From assembly GCA_036497825.1 (NCBI GenBank), contig DASXIT010000134.1, positions 17,936 through 81,935 on the forward strand: a DNA stretch of 64,000 nt, in the 5' to 3' direction. This DNA is from Candidatus Acidiferrum sp. Its GTDB lineage: Bacteria > Acidobacteriota > Terriglobia > Acidiferrales > UBA7541. Positions within the stretch are counted from its first letter, which is position 1. Every line of letters begins with the position of its first letter. A model generated the notes under the pieces. It saw only the letters and a list, made by a program, of their open reading frames with translations. It was not told the origin of the DNA and made no database searches. Both the position numbers and the translations under genes were made by a program. Below, in pieces: positions 1 to 9,314 of the stretch.

Positions 1-1
1 A

Positions 2-97
2 AATGCCCTTAGCGATCGTGTTGGTAATTTTGATTTTGCAGGTGCACTCAATTCCGTTTCCGAGATTTCCGCTCGTTTGTCCCTAAAATTGGAGTGA
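2..97 (+). CDS. C-terminal fragment of a probable hybrid histidine kinase (5' end outside window)
   Basis: Frame from nt 2 reads NALSDRVGNFDFAGALNSVSEISARLSLKLE*. It resembles the post-HPt tail of the kinase at 39466-42539 and sits in the same position, just before a REC-PP2C gene. Confidence 0.55.
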   Translation, partial: NALSDRVGNFDFAGALNSVSEISARLSLKLE

Positions 98-101
98 AAC
101 T

Positions 102-1259
102 ATGCCTCAGGCAACACCTCAAAAGACAATTCTGGTTGTTGACGACACTCCCATCAATCTCGGCGTGATTTCCGGCGCCCTTAAGGATTTGTACAAGACG
201 AAGATTGCCACCAACGGCGAAAAAGCTCTGGCTATTGCTTGCGGAGAGGACAAGCCCGATTTGATCCTGCTCGATGTAATGATGCCAGAGATGGATGGCT
301 ACGAAGTCTGCCGTCGCTTGAAAGCCAATCCCGAAACGAGAGACATTCCTGTCATTTTTCTTACCGGACAAACCGGTGCGGAAGACGAGACAAAAGGATT
401 TGAAGTTGGTGCCGTAGATTACATTCACAAGCCTTTTTCCGAGCCAGTGGTGAAAGCCCGCGTGCACACGCACCTTACACTTCGCGAAGCTCATGAACAA
501 ATTGCCAGGCAATTAGTCGCTATCAATCTTGAGCTAGAGATGGCTCGACAAATTCAGCTCTCCATTCTGCCTCGCGACACTCCTAAGATTCATGGCCTCG
601 ATATTGTTGCACGATACATGCCCATGACTTCCGTAGCTGGTGACTTCTATGACTTCATAATCGTGGATGAAAACCATGTTGGTATTCTTGTCGCAGATGT
701 GTCTGGGCACGGCCTGCCTTCCGCATTAATCGCCTCAATGCTCCAGGTGTCGCTGACAGCCCAAGCCACCCATGCTTCCGACCCTGCTCGAGTGCTGTCG
801 GGTTTGAATCAAGCGCTGTGCGGAAAATTCGAACACAATTTCGTCACTGCTGCCTATGCATATATTGACATGGAAAAGAAACAAATGACGTACGCTGGCG
901 CGGGTCATCCGCCAATTCTTTTCTGGCGCAAATCTCTTGGAAAAGTCAGCGAAGTGGTGGAGAACGGTTTGTTCCTTGGCATGTTTCCGGAGGCAACTTA
1001 CGCTTCCCTACAATTACCCGTTGCCGGCAGCGACCGCCTCATTCTCTACACGGACGGAATTCCGGAGACGAAAAGCCCTTCGGACCAGGAATTTGGCACA
1101 GCACGGTTGATGAAGTTTATGGACACCAATCCGAGCCTGTCAGTGGATCAATTCGCGAATGGATTATTAGACGAGTTGGCTCGGTGGTCCGAACAGCCGG
1201 TTGGACAGGGTCAACAGGACGACATTACTGTGCTGACCATAGACTTCAAGGCGGTCTGA
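102..1259 (+). CDS. Response regulator receiver fused to PP2C/SpoIIE (RsbU-like) phosphatase
   Basis: REC motifs ILVVDD, LILLDVMMPEMDG, KPF. PP2C motifs VAGDFYD, VADVSGHG, YTDG, DDIT. Confidence 0.93.
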   Translation: MPQATPQKTILVVDDTPINLGVISGALKDLYKTKIATNGEKALAIACGEDKPDLILLDVMMPEMDGYEVCRRLKANPETRDIPVIFLTGQTGAEDETKGFEVGAVDYIHKPFSEPVVKARVHTHLTLREAHEQIARQLVAINLELEMARQIQLSILPRDTPKIHGLDIVARYMPMTSVAGDFYDFIIVDENHVGILVADVSGHGLPSALIASMLQVSLTAQATHASDPARVLSGLNQALCGKFEHNFVTAAYAYIDMEKKQMTYAGAGHPPILFWRKSLGKVSEVVENGLFLGMFPEATYASLQLPVAGSDRLILYTDGIPETKSPSDQEFGTARLMKFMDTNPSLSVDQFANGLLDELARWSEQPVGQGQQDDITVLTIDFKAV

Positions 1260-1262
1260 GTC

Positions 1263-2009
1263 TTATTGTCCTGGAGCAGAAAAGTATAGATAAAGCGCCA
1301 GGCCGACATAATTCTGCTGCCGGTTCGGCTTTTTGCCCGTATCATTCTCGTGCTCGTAATATGTATTGAATTCGAAGTGTTTGCCAACCGGAAATAAGCA
1401 GCCAGCGTAAACGTCCGTCGTGCTCCATTTGCTGTACTGGCTTTCATAAAATGGCTCAGCAGCAACATAGGGTATGAAATGATACGACCGAACGGCAAAC
1501 GCGCGTTCGAGCGTCAATTTATTCCGATAGCGCCAGGTGAAAACGCCGCTTTTCCAATCCAGGTCCGCGCGGTTTCGATCCGAAGCTCGAAGGCCTGCCC
1601 GCAGAGGGAAATTGAATGTCGCTGCCGCTAGTTCCCGATTTTCGAGCGCGGTGTTTGGCGCGGTGATGGCGCGGTATCCTGCTTCCAAGACGAGTGCCCT
1701 GGACTTCGAGTCATCCAGATCAAAAACTGTCAATTCCTTGAGCTTGAGTAAGGGTTTCAAATAGAACTGAATACTCGGACCAATCGTAAATTGAGTTGGA
1801 TCCCCGCCATCGCGGTCGTCTTTGGCCTCGAGATACGTTCGAAAATTTGAATTCAGTTTTAGATGAACATCAATCTCTGGCAGAAATTGAGGAGCTTGGG
1901 CGCACGCTGGAATGGCGGCGAGCGAAATGAGCGCTGCGACTGTGCAAAATACTTTGCAGCCCACTTTCAGTATTCGCCTGAACGGCATTCGAGGAGTTCG
2001 ATTTGGCAT
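1263..2009 (-). CDS. Outer-membrane beta-barrel protein (DUF2490-like)
   Basis: Signal peptide (ISLAAIPACA), alternating aromatic beta-strands, RYRNKLTLE and EPFY segments, C-terminal aromatic strand. Start uncertain. Confidence 0.65.
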   Translation of the reverse strand: MPNRTPRMPFRRILKVGCKVFCTVAALISLAAIPACAQAPQFLPEIDVHLKLNSNFRTYLEAKDDRDGGDPTQFTIGPSIQFYLKPLLKLKELTVFDLDDSKSRALVLEAGYRAITAPNTALENRELAAATFNFPLRAGLRASDRNRADLDWKSGVFTWRYRNKLTLERAFAVRSYHFIPYVAAEPFYESQYSKWSTTDVYAGCLFPVGKHFEFNTYYEHENDTGKKPNRQQNYVGLALYLYFSAPGQ

Positions 2010-2423
2010 TCCCGCTCGTTGTTCGTTGATGTGGACCCGACTAACAAATGGTTACGCGCGGGCGGCGCAGAAGATGAGCGTGCTTCATACTAATCCAGAG
2101 CCAGGGCGATAACAACAATAAGCGTCCATCCTTGCCTAAACACCAAATTGCCCGGGGTATCCTCTCAACTGTCGGAGTCATGCAGGAGATTGGGTGCACA
2201 CCGGCCTGGAACTGTATATACTGGCTGGGCCGACTAGCAGCAAGAAGGATCGAGTCGGCTATTTGAACGACGACACATCTTCCTGTTCTGTTTTCCTCAA
2301 GCCCGTTGAGTCGTGAAGTAAATATTTTTTAGATCCGTGACCGGTTAATTTCTCTCGCAGGCGATCCAGCCACGCCGTTACAGGCGGTACATTTCGTGTA
2401 CTGCCGGAAAAGGTTTCTCACCG

Positions 2424-3479
2424 GTGCACAGGTATCAAATAGTTCAAGCTTGGGGAAAGATTCTTAAAGGTGAGCCACCTTCTCTTTCCATTGAGATCAC
2501 GCGCGAATGCCCACTCAAATGTCCAGGATGTTACGCCTATGACGAAGCCCATCTCGGCGGTGGAAAAACACTACGGGAACTGAACGATCGGAGGGGCCAA
2601 GCTCTGGTCGACGGAGTTCTCAAAGTTGTCGATCGGCTGAAGCCCTTGCATTTATCGATCGTCGGTGGCGACCCCCTCGTCCGGTTTCGTGAATTAGAGC
2701 AGCTTATTCCGCTTCTATTGTCGCGAGGCATCCATGTGCAAATTGTTACCAGCGCTTTTCGGACAATGGGTCCAACCTGGGCAAGCCTTCCGCTTCTGAA
2801 CGTGGCTGTGTCCATTGATGGATTGCAACCGGAACACGATGCTCGTCGTGCACCGGCGACGTATGAGCGCATTCTGAGAAATATCCAGGATCAGAGAATC
2901 ACGATTCATTGCACGATTACCGGCCAAATGATGAAGCGACCCGGTTACCTGGCTGAATTTCTAGAATTCTGGACACCCCGCCCGCAAGTAAAAAAAGTAT
3001 GGTTCAGCATGTTCACTCCCCAAGTCGGTGACCGCATGCCAGAGATTCTTAGTCCGGAAGAACGGGCCATGGCCATCGCCGACATGCTGAAGTTGCGAAA
3101 ACAATATCCCAAACTAGACATGCGGGAAGGGCTAATTCGCCAATTCGCTTCGCCGCCGCACAGCCCTCAAGATTGTGTTTTCGCCCTTACCACCCAAACT
3201 TTGTCGGCCGATCTCGAAACCAAAATTACTCCTTGCCAGTTTGGAGGAACTCCTGATTGTTCCTCCTGCGGGTGCATTGCCTCCATGGGCCTAGCCGCTG
3301 TGGCTGCTCATAGATTGGGAGGAGTACTTTCAGTCGGTTCTATTTTTAGGAACTCCATAAAGATTGGCCAGAATCGCGTTCGTTCCAAAGCGAAGCGAGA
3401 ATCCAGCAACCCACTTCAAGTATTGCAAGTTGGCAACGAGAGCGCGGCAAGGGAAAACAAAGGAGAAATTGGTTTGTGA
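2424..3479 (+). CDS. Radical SAM protein with C-terminal Cys cluster (twitch/SPASM-like)
   Basis: CPLKCPGC (CxxxCxxC), GGDPL, SIDG, and C-terminal DC...PCQFGGTPDCSSCGC. GTG start. Confidence 0.88.
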   Translation: MHRYQIVQAWGKILKGEPPSLSIEITRECPLKCPGCYAYDEAHLGGGKTLRELNDRRGQALVDGVLKVVDRLKPLHLSIVGGDPLVRFRELEQLIPLLLSRGIHVQIVTSAFRTMGPTWASLPLLNVAVSIDGLQPEHDARRAPATYERILRNIQDQRITIHCTITGQMMKRPGYLAEFLEFWTPRPQVKKVWFSMFTPQVGDRMPEILSPEERAMAIADMLKLRKQYPKLDMREGLIRQFASPPHSPQDCVFALTTQTLSADLETKITPCQFGGTPDCSSCGCIASMGLAAVAAHRLGGVLSVGSIFRNSIKIGQNRVRSKAKRESSNPLQVLQVGNESAARENKGEIGL

Positions 3480-4573
3480 AGAAGGCAATCCAACCCAAAC
3501 TATTGTCCGCCCGGCATGAGAAAGAGTTCTCACACCTTCGCGATTTATCCGCGCGAATCGGAAACGATCCTCTCCTGGTACAAGCCAGCAACGGGAATAC
3601 CTCCATCAAACTCGGTGGAATTCTTTGGATTAAGGCCACCGGCAAATTGCTTGCCGATGCCGCCGAATCCGACATTTTTGTGCCCCTGGATTTGGGTGAA
3701 ATCAGAGCGTCGATTCGCCGCGAATCAGAAATCACGGCCCGTCACGCTCTCGAAGGTGAGTTGCGTCCGTCTATTGAAACCGCTATGCACTCGGTTCTTC
3801 GCCATCGCGTGGTTATTCATGTCCACTCCATCAACGCCATCGCCTGGGCAATTCGGATGGATGGGGCTGAATTGCTGAATGAACGGCTCTCTGGCTTACA
3901 TTGGCGCTGGATTCCCTACGCTGCATCCGGCATACCGCTTGCCCAGGAAATCGAAAAAGCCGTGGCTATTGCGCCGGAAACCGACGTTTTCATACTCGGG
4001 AATCACGGATTGGTCGTTTGCGGCCATGATTGCCGGGCCGCGGAAAAGCTTTTGAACAAGGTGGAGCATCGGCTGGCGATTGCTCCCAGGCACGTTCCTG
4101 CGCCCGACGATGCAGCACTTGCCATGATGGCGCGGTTCTCAAGTTGGCGATTTCCCGATGACGATTTGTTTCACGCCCCGGGTATAGATGCCATCTCTCG
4201 AGAAATTGTCAAAGGTGGTGTTCTTTATCCGTGCCAGGCGATTTTCTTAGGCCAGAATTTCCCCCTGCTTCCGCCGACAGTTTCCGCTTCAAATTTCCCG
4301 GAAGAATTACCCCGGGAAGACAGCGCTTGTTCCTTTATATCCATCGAAAAATGCGGAACGATGTTCAACGAAAAGATGACAACCGCAGAACGCGCCACTC
4401 TAATGGGCCTCATCCAAGTAACGCTGCGCACCGAACGATCCACCCGCCTGCGTTTCTTAAATTGCGCCGAAGTAAGAAACGTACTGACTGATGGCGCCAA
4501 TAGCTACAAATCGGAAGTCGTAAGTCTGAAGAAAACGGAAATGCCAATCGCGGTTTCCGTCCCCTCCGAATAA
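3476..4573 (+). CDS. Class II aldolase/adducin family protein
   Basis: GNTSIK, PSIETAMH, HVH and NHG metal-binding motifs. GTGA overlap with the radical SAM stop. Confidence 0.85.
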   Translation: MKKAIQPKLLSARHEKEFSHLRDLSARIGNDPLLVQASNGNTSIKLGGILWIKATGKLLADAAESDIFVPLDLGEIRASIRRESEITARHALEGELRPSIETAMHSVLRHRVVIHVHSINAIAWAIRMDGAELLNERLSGLHWRWIPYAASGIPLAQEIEKAVAIAPETDVFILGNHGLVVCGHDCRAAEKLLNKVEHRLAIAPRHVPAPDDAALAMMARFSSWRFPDDDLFHAPGIDAISREIVKGGVLYPCQAIFLGQNFPLLPPTVSASNFPEELPREDSACSFISIEKCGTMFNEKMTTAERATLMGLIQVTLRTERSTRLRFLNCAEVRNVLTDGANSYKSEVVSLKKTEMPIAVSVPSE

Positions 4574-4653
4574 TTTCGGCCCCACTCGCTCCAGTAGCAG
4601 GCATGAGCGGCATCTTGAATGCAATGTAGAAGAAAATTGAATGCATGCGACTA

Positions 4654-4682
4654 TTGCGGCCGACGCCACCTCTCGGTACACT
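4654..4682 (+). promoter_or_regulatory. sigma70-type promoter of the cys leader/operon
   Basis: TTGCGG (4654-4659), 17-nt spacer, TACACT (4677-4682). Predicted +1 at about 4689-4690. Confidence 0.6.
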
Positions 4683-4689
4683 TTGGAAC

Positions 4690-4785
4690 ATGTCATTGGG
4701 CTTTCGGAAATGCCGGATGGTTGCGTCGACCTGTTGTCGGTGTCGCGCATTTGTGTCTTCTGGCACCGGGAGGCTAGTGATCTAA
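4690..4785 (+). CDS. Putative leaderless Cys-rich leader peptide (31 aa, [31 protein letters not shown])
   Basis: ATG coincides with the predicted TSS. Four Cys codons, three of them in TGT TGT CGG TGT (4732-4743). Lies just before a terminator upstream of cysD. Too short for the ORF track. Confidence 0.6.
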   Translation: MSLGFRKCRMVASTCCRCRAFVSSGTGRLVI

Positions 4786-4813
4786 AGCTCTAATTCTAGC
4801 CAAGCAGTTATTG

Positions 4814-4856
4814 AACCCACCGCCAGAGGTGAATTGGCAGGTGGGTTTTTTGTTTT
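4814..4856 (+). terminator. Intrinsic terminator/attenuator in the cysD leader
   Basis: AACCCACC-GCCA (4814-4825) pairs with TGGC-A-GGTGGGTT (4835-4847), followed by a T-rich tract, about 30 nt before the cysD ATG. Confidence 0.8.
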
Positions 4857-4888
4857 TATACCAGCATTTCGAACAAGAGGACAGACCA

Positions 4889-5866
4889 ATGGCAAGTGTG
4901 CCGCAAGAATTGTTCAGCACAACAGAACCTCGCAGTGGACAAGATCTGGCGATTCAGCCTCGGGTTGGCTCACGGTTAAGTCACCTGAAGGCTCTCGAGG
5001 CAGAAAGCATCTACATCCTCCGAGAGGCAGCAGCGGAGTTTTCGCGGCCAGTCATGCTCTATTCCATCGGGAAAGATTCCTCTGTGATGCTTCGTCTGGC
5101 CCAGAAAGCTTTTTTCCCCGGAAGGATTCCCTTCCCCCTCCTCCACGTAGACACGAGTTACAAATTCCCCGAAATGATTGCATTTCGCGATGAGTATCCA
5201 AAGCAGATCGGAGCGGAGTTGCTGGTCCACAAGAATCAGGAGGCGCTGGACGCTGGCGCCAATCCATTTGCGTTTGGCACACAAAAATGTTGTGGCTTGC
5301 TAAAAACGAAATCACTTCTTGATGCATTGGCGGAAGGCGAATTCAACGCAGCTTTCGGGGGAGCGCGGCGGGACGAAGAGAAGTCACGCGCAAAAGAAAG
5401 GATCTACTCCCTTCGTGATGTCCATGGACAGTGGGATCCCAAGAACCAACGGCCTGAGCTCTGGAATATCTTCAACTCGAAAATCGACAGAGGCGAAAGC
5501 ATTCGCATCTTCCCAATTTCAAATTGGACGGAACTCGACGTCTGGCTGTACATCTACACCGAAAGTATTCCGATTGTGCCGCTCTACTTCGCAAGAGAGC
5601 GCCAAGCGGTAGTGCGTGACGGCTCAATCGTTCTGATTTATCCCAACGACCAACTTCGACCAGGAGAGAAGCCTCAGTTGATCAAGTGCCGCATGCGATC
5701 GCTCGGTTGCGTGCCGTGCACGGGGGCAATCCGGTCGGACGCAGACACAGTTCCCAAGATCATCGAGGAGATGATTTCGTTCCGCAGGTCCGAGCGTGAA
5801 AATCGCGCGATCGATCATGACGAGGAAGGATCAATGGAAATCAAGAAACGCGAGGGCTATTTCTGA
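4889..5866 (+). CDS. cysD: Sulfate adenylyltransferase subunit 2
   Basis: [50 protein letters not shown] at 4889 follows an AAGAGG RBS; the track's TTG 4811 start runs through the terminator. Confidence 0.96.
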   Translation: MASVPQELFSTTEPRSGQDLAIQPRVGSRLSHLKALEAESIYILREAAAEFSRPVMLYSIGKDSSVMLRLAQKAFFPGRIPFPLLHVDTSYKFPEMIAFRDEYPKQIGAELLVHKNQEALDAGANPFAFGTQKCCGLLKTKSLLDALAEGEFNAAFGGARRDEEKSRAKERIYSLRDVHGQWDPKNQRPELWNIFNSKIDRGESIRIFPISNWTELDVWLYIYTESIPIVPLYFARERQAVVRDGSIVLIYPNDQLRPGEKPQLIKCRMRSLGCVPCTGAIRSDADTVPKIIEEMISFRRSERENRAIDHDEEGSMEIKKREGYF

Positions 5867-7605
5867 TGACCACTGTGACCGACGCAGAGATTCGGAGTGG
5901 GTTCGCGGAGTTCCTTGACCAAAACCTCAACAAGGAGCTTCTGCGATTTACTACTGCCGGAAGCGTGGATGACGGCAAGTCCACGCTGATCGGCCGGCTG
6001 CTGCACGACTCCAAAACCATATACGAAGATCAACTCACCTCCGTGAAGAAGAGCCGCATCAATCGTTCCAGCGGACCGATCGATTTTTCGTTGATCACCG
6101 ACGGGCTGCGCGCGGAGCGTGAGCAAGGCATCACCATCGACGTCGGATACCGCTACTTCACAACTGCACAGCGAAAATTCATCATCGCCGACACGCCTGG
6201 GCATGAGCAGTACACCAGAAATATGGCCACCGGCGCATCTACAGCCGACTTAGCGGTGATTTTGATTGATGGGACAAAAGGCCTGCTTCCCCAGACCCTG
6301 CGACATACCTACATCTCATCGCTTCTGGGAATATCAACCCTCGTTGCTGCAGTTAACAAGATGGACTTGCTGGAGTATCAAGAGCACAACTTCCGGAAAC
6401 TCGAGAAAGATTTTCTTGCGCTTGCGGAACAGTTGGGCGTCCAAGCGGTGCGTTGCATTCCCATCAGCGCGCTCGCGGGAGACAACGTTGTCGAGCGCAG
6501 TAAAAACATGCCGTGGTACCCCGGCCCAGCCCTGCTCGAACACTTGGAGCGCGTGCCGATTGCGCGGCCCGCAAGCACACTCGGTGTCAGATTCCCTGTT
6601 CAGTATGTCCTTCGTCCAGACGCCAACTTCCGCGGTTTCGCCGGGCAAGTGGCCGGCGGAGTAATCCGTCCGGGCGACGCCGTTACCGCCCTTCCCTCTG
6701 GCCAAAAATCGCGCGTGGATTCGATCGTCACTTACGATGGCCCGCTCGCGGAAGCGTCCTCTCCAATGTCGGTCACGCTGACACTGGAAGATGAAATCGA
6801 CCTGAGCCGGGGCGACATGCTCGTCTCTTCCACAAATCCGCCACACGTCTCTCAACAATTTCTTGCGACGGTTGTCTGGATGCACGCGCAACCACTCGAA
6901 ATCGGACGCCCCTATCTGATCAAACAATGCGCGCGTCAGGTACGAGGTAGAGCTACGGCGATTCGACAACGCGTGAACATTGACACGCTTGAACCGGAGG
7001 CCGCCGAACGCCTCCAGATGAATGATATTGCGGCCGTCACATTCGAAACCAGCAACCCACTTTTCTTTGACGCCTATCAACGCAATCGGACCACAGGAAG
7101 TTTCATCGTCATCGACCCTCTGACGAATGCAACTCTGGCAGCGGGAATGATTCGAGAAGATCTCTCGCACACTGAGGGGAATTTAAGCGGGAAAGAGATT
7201 CTGCCGCCGCACTCTGCGATTACTCCCCTTGAGCGGCAGCGTCGGCATGGGCACTACGCCGCGATCATCTTGGCCGACGGGCGCGCGTCGCTTGCAAACC
7301 GGCTCGAGCGCGCGCTCTTTGAAGAAGGATTTGAAGTCATGGCCGTCGATGAACATTCTTCGTTCTCTTCTGAGAAAAACGCGTGGACCGCACTACACGC
7401 CGCAGGATTCGTCGTCATCTACCAGAATCCATCGCTTGGAGTGGAAGAGCGGCTGGAATTGAGAAGCCTGGCTGGCGATCGCTTCTTCGATCTCGAAACG
7501 TTAGCGTTGCCCGTGAACGATGTGGACGCTGTGCAACACGTGCTGGCTTTAGTCGAGCCACTCCGCATTCCGCGGCAGACGGAGAAATTGAGAGGGGTGA
7601 ACTGA
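5866..7605 (+). CDS. cysN: Sulfate adenylyltransferase subunit 1 (GTPase) with degenerate C-terminal APS-kinase-like remnant
   Basis: GSVDDGKSTLIGRLL, REQGITIDV, DTPGHEQY, NKMD. The C-terminal extension resembles the start of CysC but lacks GxSGxGKST. Confidence 0.93.
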   Translation: MTTVTDAEIRSGFAEFLDQNLNKELLRFTTAGSVDDGKSTLIGRLLHDSKTIYEDQLTSVKKSRINRSSGPIDFSLITDGLRAEREQGITIDVGYRYFTTAQRKFIIADTPGHEQYTRNMATGASTADLAVILIDGTKGLLPQTLRHTYISSLLGISTLVAAVNKMDLLEYQEHNFRKLEKDFLALAEQLGVQAVRCIPISALAGDNVVERSKNMPWYPGPALLEHLERVPIARPASTLGVRFPVQYVLRPDANFRGFAGQVAGGVIRPGDAVTALPSGQKSRVDSIVTYDGPLAEASSPMSVTLTLEDEIDLSRGDMLVSSTNPPHVSQQFLATVVWMHAQPLEIGRPYLIKQCARQVRGRATAIRQRVNIDTLEPEAAERLQMNDIAAVTFETSNPLFFDAYQRNRTTGSFIVIDPLTNATLAAGMIREDLSHTEGNLSGKEILPPHSAITPLERQRRHGHYAAIILADGRASLANRLERALFEEGFEVMAVDEHSSFSSEKNAWTALHAAGFVVIYQNPSLGVEERLELRSLAGDRFFDLETLALPVNDVDAVQHVLALVEPLRIPRQTEKLRGVN

Positions 7606-7607
7606 AA

Positions 7608-8306
7608 ATGGGATCAACACTCGCCGCCGAAACGCTCGACAACCTGAAACCGGACGAGGTTCTCAGCGCTGTACTGAGCGCGCATTCTGGCCAGAACACT
7701 TGCCTGACATGCAGTTTCCAAGCCGAAGACATGATCGTCCTCGACCTTGTTCGCCAACGCATTCCTTCAATACCCGTTCTATTCCTCGAGACCGGTTATC
7801 ACTTTCCCCAGACGTATGAATACCGCGACCGCGTGGCGAAGGAATGGTCTCTGAACCTAGTAAATGTGATTCCGCGAAATACCGTGGAACAACAGAAATT
7901 GGAATTGGGGATTTTGTACCGAACCGACCCGACGCGATGCTGCCAACTCCGCAAAGTCGATCCGCTATTGCAAGCGTTGCAACCTTACGAGATTTGGTTC
8001 ACGGGATTGCGCCGCGAGCAATCGCCCACGCGGAAGAATCTTAAGAAGGTCGAAGAACATCGATTGCCAACCGGGAAAACACTTTTGAAAGTGAGCCTCC
8101 TTGCCGATTGGACATGGGGCCAAGTGTGGGAGTACACGGCCAAAAATCACCTTAGCTATTTGCCGCAGTACGACCAGGGTTATTTAAGCATTGGCTGCGA
8201 ACCATGCACGGCGGTTCCTGATGACCCGGCCAACCCTCGTTCGGGCCGCTGGGGTGGCAAGAAATTGGAATGCGGAATCCACACATTTTCCCAAGGCGGG
8301 CAATAA
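7608..8306 (+). CDS. cysH: APS/PAPS reductase, 4Fe-4S (APS reductase) type
   Basis: CCQLRKV, TGLRREQS, SIGCEPCT, RSGRW, ECGIH. ATG at 7608 just after the cysN stop. Confidence 0.92.
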   Translation: MGSTLAAETLDNLKPDEVLSAVLSAHSGQNTCLTCSFQAEDMIVLDLVRQRIPSIPVLFLETGYHFPQTYEYRDRVAKEWSLNLVNVIPRNTVEQQKLELGILYRTDPTRCCQLRKVDPLLQALQPYEIWFTGLRREQSPTRKNLKKVEEHRLPTGKTLLKVSLLADWTWGQVWEYTAKNHLSYLPQYDQGYLSIGCEPCTAVPDDPANPRSGRWGGKKLECGIHTFSQGGQ

Positions 8307-9115
8307 TGCATTACTTCGTAGGCTTCCTCATTGCCCTGGCAGTGGGATTGACCGGAGTCGGTGGCGGAAGTTTTACCGTTCCAGCGCTCGTACTTCTCGC
8401 TGGGTTGACAGCGGGAGAAGCCGTCGGCACCGCCTTCTTGTTTGCGGGAGTACTGCGGTTGATCGCTGCTCCTTTCTATCTCGCGGGAAAACACATTCAC
8501 TCTCGCTACCTGCGGCTGCTGTTGCAAGGAGCGGTGCCAGGACTTTTGGTCGGCACGTGGGCCCTCAGATTGTTAAATCGTGACGCGGGCAATCCGGTCG
8601 TAATTCTGCTCCTTGGCGTTATCCTGGCGGCGTCCTCTAGCGTCACCTTTATCCGGCGTATTCAAAATCCCGCGTTTGCGGCCAAGAACCATCGCTGGCT
8701 TCCCTGGCTCGCTCTGCCAATTGGCGTCGAATCAGGATTTTCATCTGCAGGTGCTGGAGCGCTGGGAACTGTTTTACTGCTGAACTATTCCGAAATGACG
8801 CCCACGCAGGTTGTGGGAACGGATTTACTCTTCGGATTGGTATTGGCGACGATTGGCAGCGTCTTTCACTGGAGCGTTGGCTCTGTCAGCCTTCCGATAC
8901 TTTCTCAACTTCTCCTCGGCGGCGTTCCCGGAGTCGTGCTCGGTTGCTTACTGGCTCCGAAAGTTCCTGCAAACAAATTGCGAACAGCTGTTGCCATGTT
9001 GGCTATCCTTGCGGGACTTCAGCTGGTCTGGAGTGGTGGCCACAAACTCGCTCAGAGGCACGCGACGAGCGTAGCCAAAGTCGAAGCGCACGCTGGAGTT
9101 GTCGATGCGCACTAA
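8306..9115 (+). CDS. TauE/SafE family membrane protein (sulfite exporter-like)
   Basis: GLTGVGGGS, SSAGAGALG and VVGTDL motifs with multiple TM helices. TAATG overlap with cysH. Confidence 0.85.
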   Translation: MHYFVGFLIALAVGLTGVGGGSFTVPALVLLAGLTAGEAVGTAFLFAGVLRLIAAPFYLAGKHIHSRYLRLLLQGAVPGLLVGTWALRLLNRDAGNPVVILLLGVILAASSSVTFIRRIQNPAFAAKNHRWLPWLALPIGVESGFSSAGAGALGTVLLLNYSEMTPTQVVGTDLLFGLVLATIGSVFHWSVGSVSLPILSQLLLGGVPGVVLGCLLAPKVPANKLRTAVAMLAILAGLQLVWSGGHKLAQRHATSVAKVEAHAGVVDAH

Positions 9116-9314
9116 TCATGTTGGTTCCACGCAAGAATCATTCAAAATTCCGCTGTCAGTGAATGCTGCTAATCCCTCCAGGCCTTCCCGAAGTTTCGCA
9201 CACCTCTGTTGTCCTTGTTGTTGACCTCATTCTGAGTCGTCCATCGTTCTTAAGCTGATCCAAGGCCACGGCACTGCACGGGCCAGGCAAAAAAAATCTA
9301 TTTCGGAGAAAAAA

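Noticed and set aside
2210-2225. CTGTATATACTG resembling a LexA box
   Set aside because: Too short, lacks the CTGT-N8-ACAG spacing, and no SOS gene is adjacent.
4641-4793. Alternative 50-aa ORF in the cys leader
   Set aside because: It starts upstream of the predicted promoter/TSS and has only two scattered Cys.
4574-4888. SAM (S-box) or other metabolite riboswitch upstream of cysD
   Set aside because: No ATC...GAGGGA...GCAACC...GTGC core was seen. The Cys sORF attenuator explains the terminator better. An Rfam scan would settle it.
4811-4888. Track's extended CysD N-terminus
   Set aside because: It reads through the terminator. ATG 4889 has an RBS.
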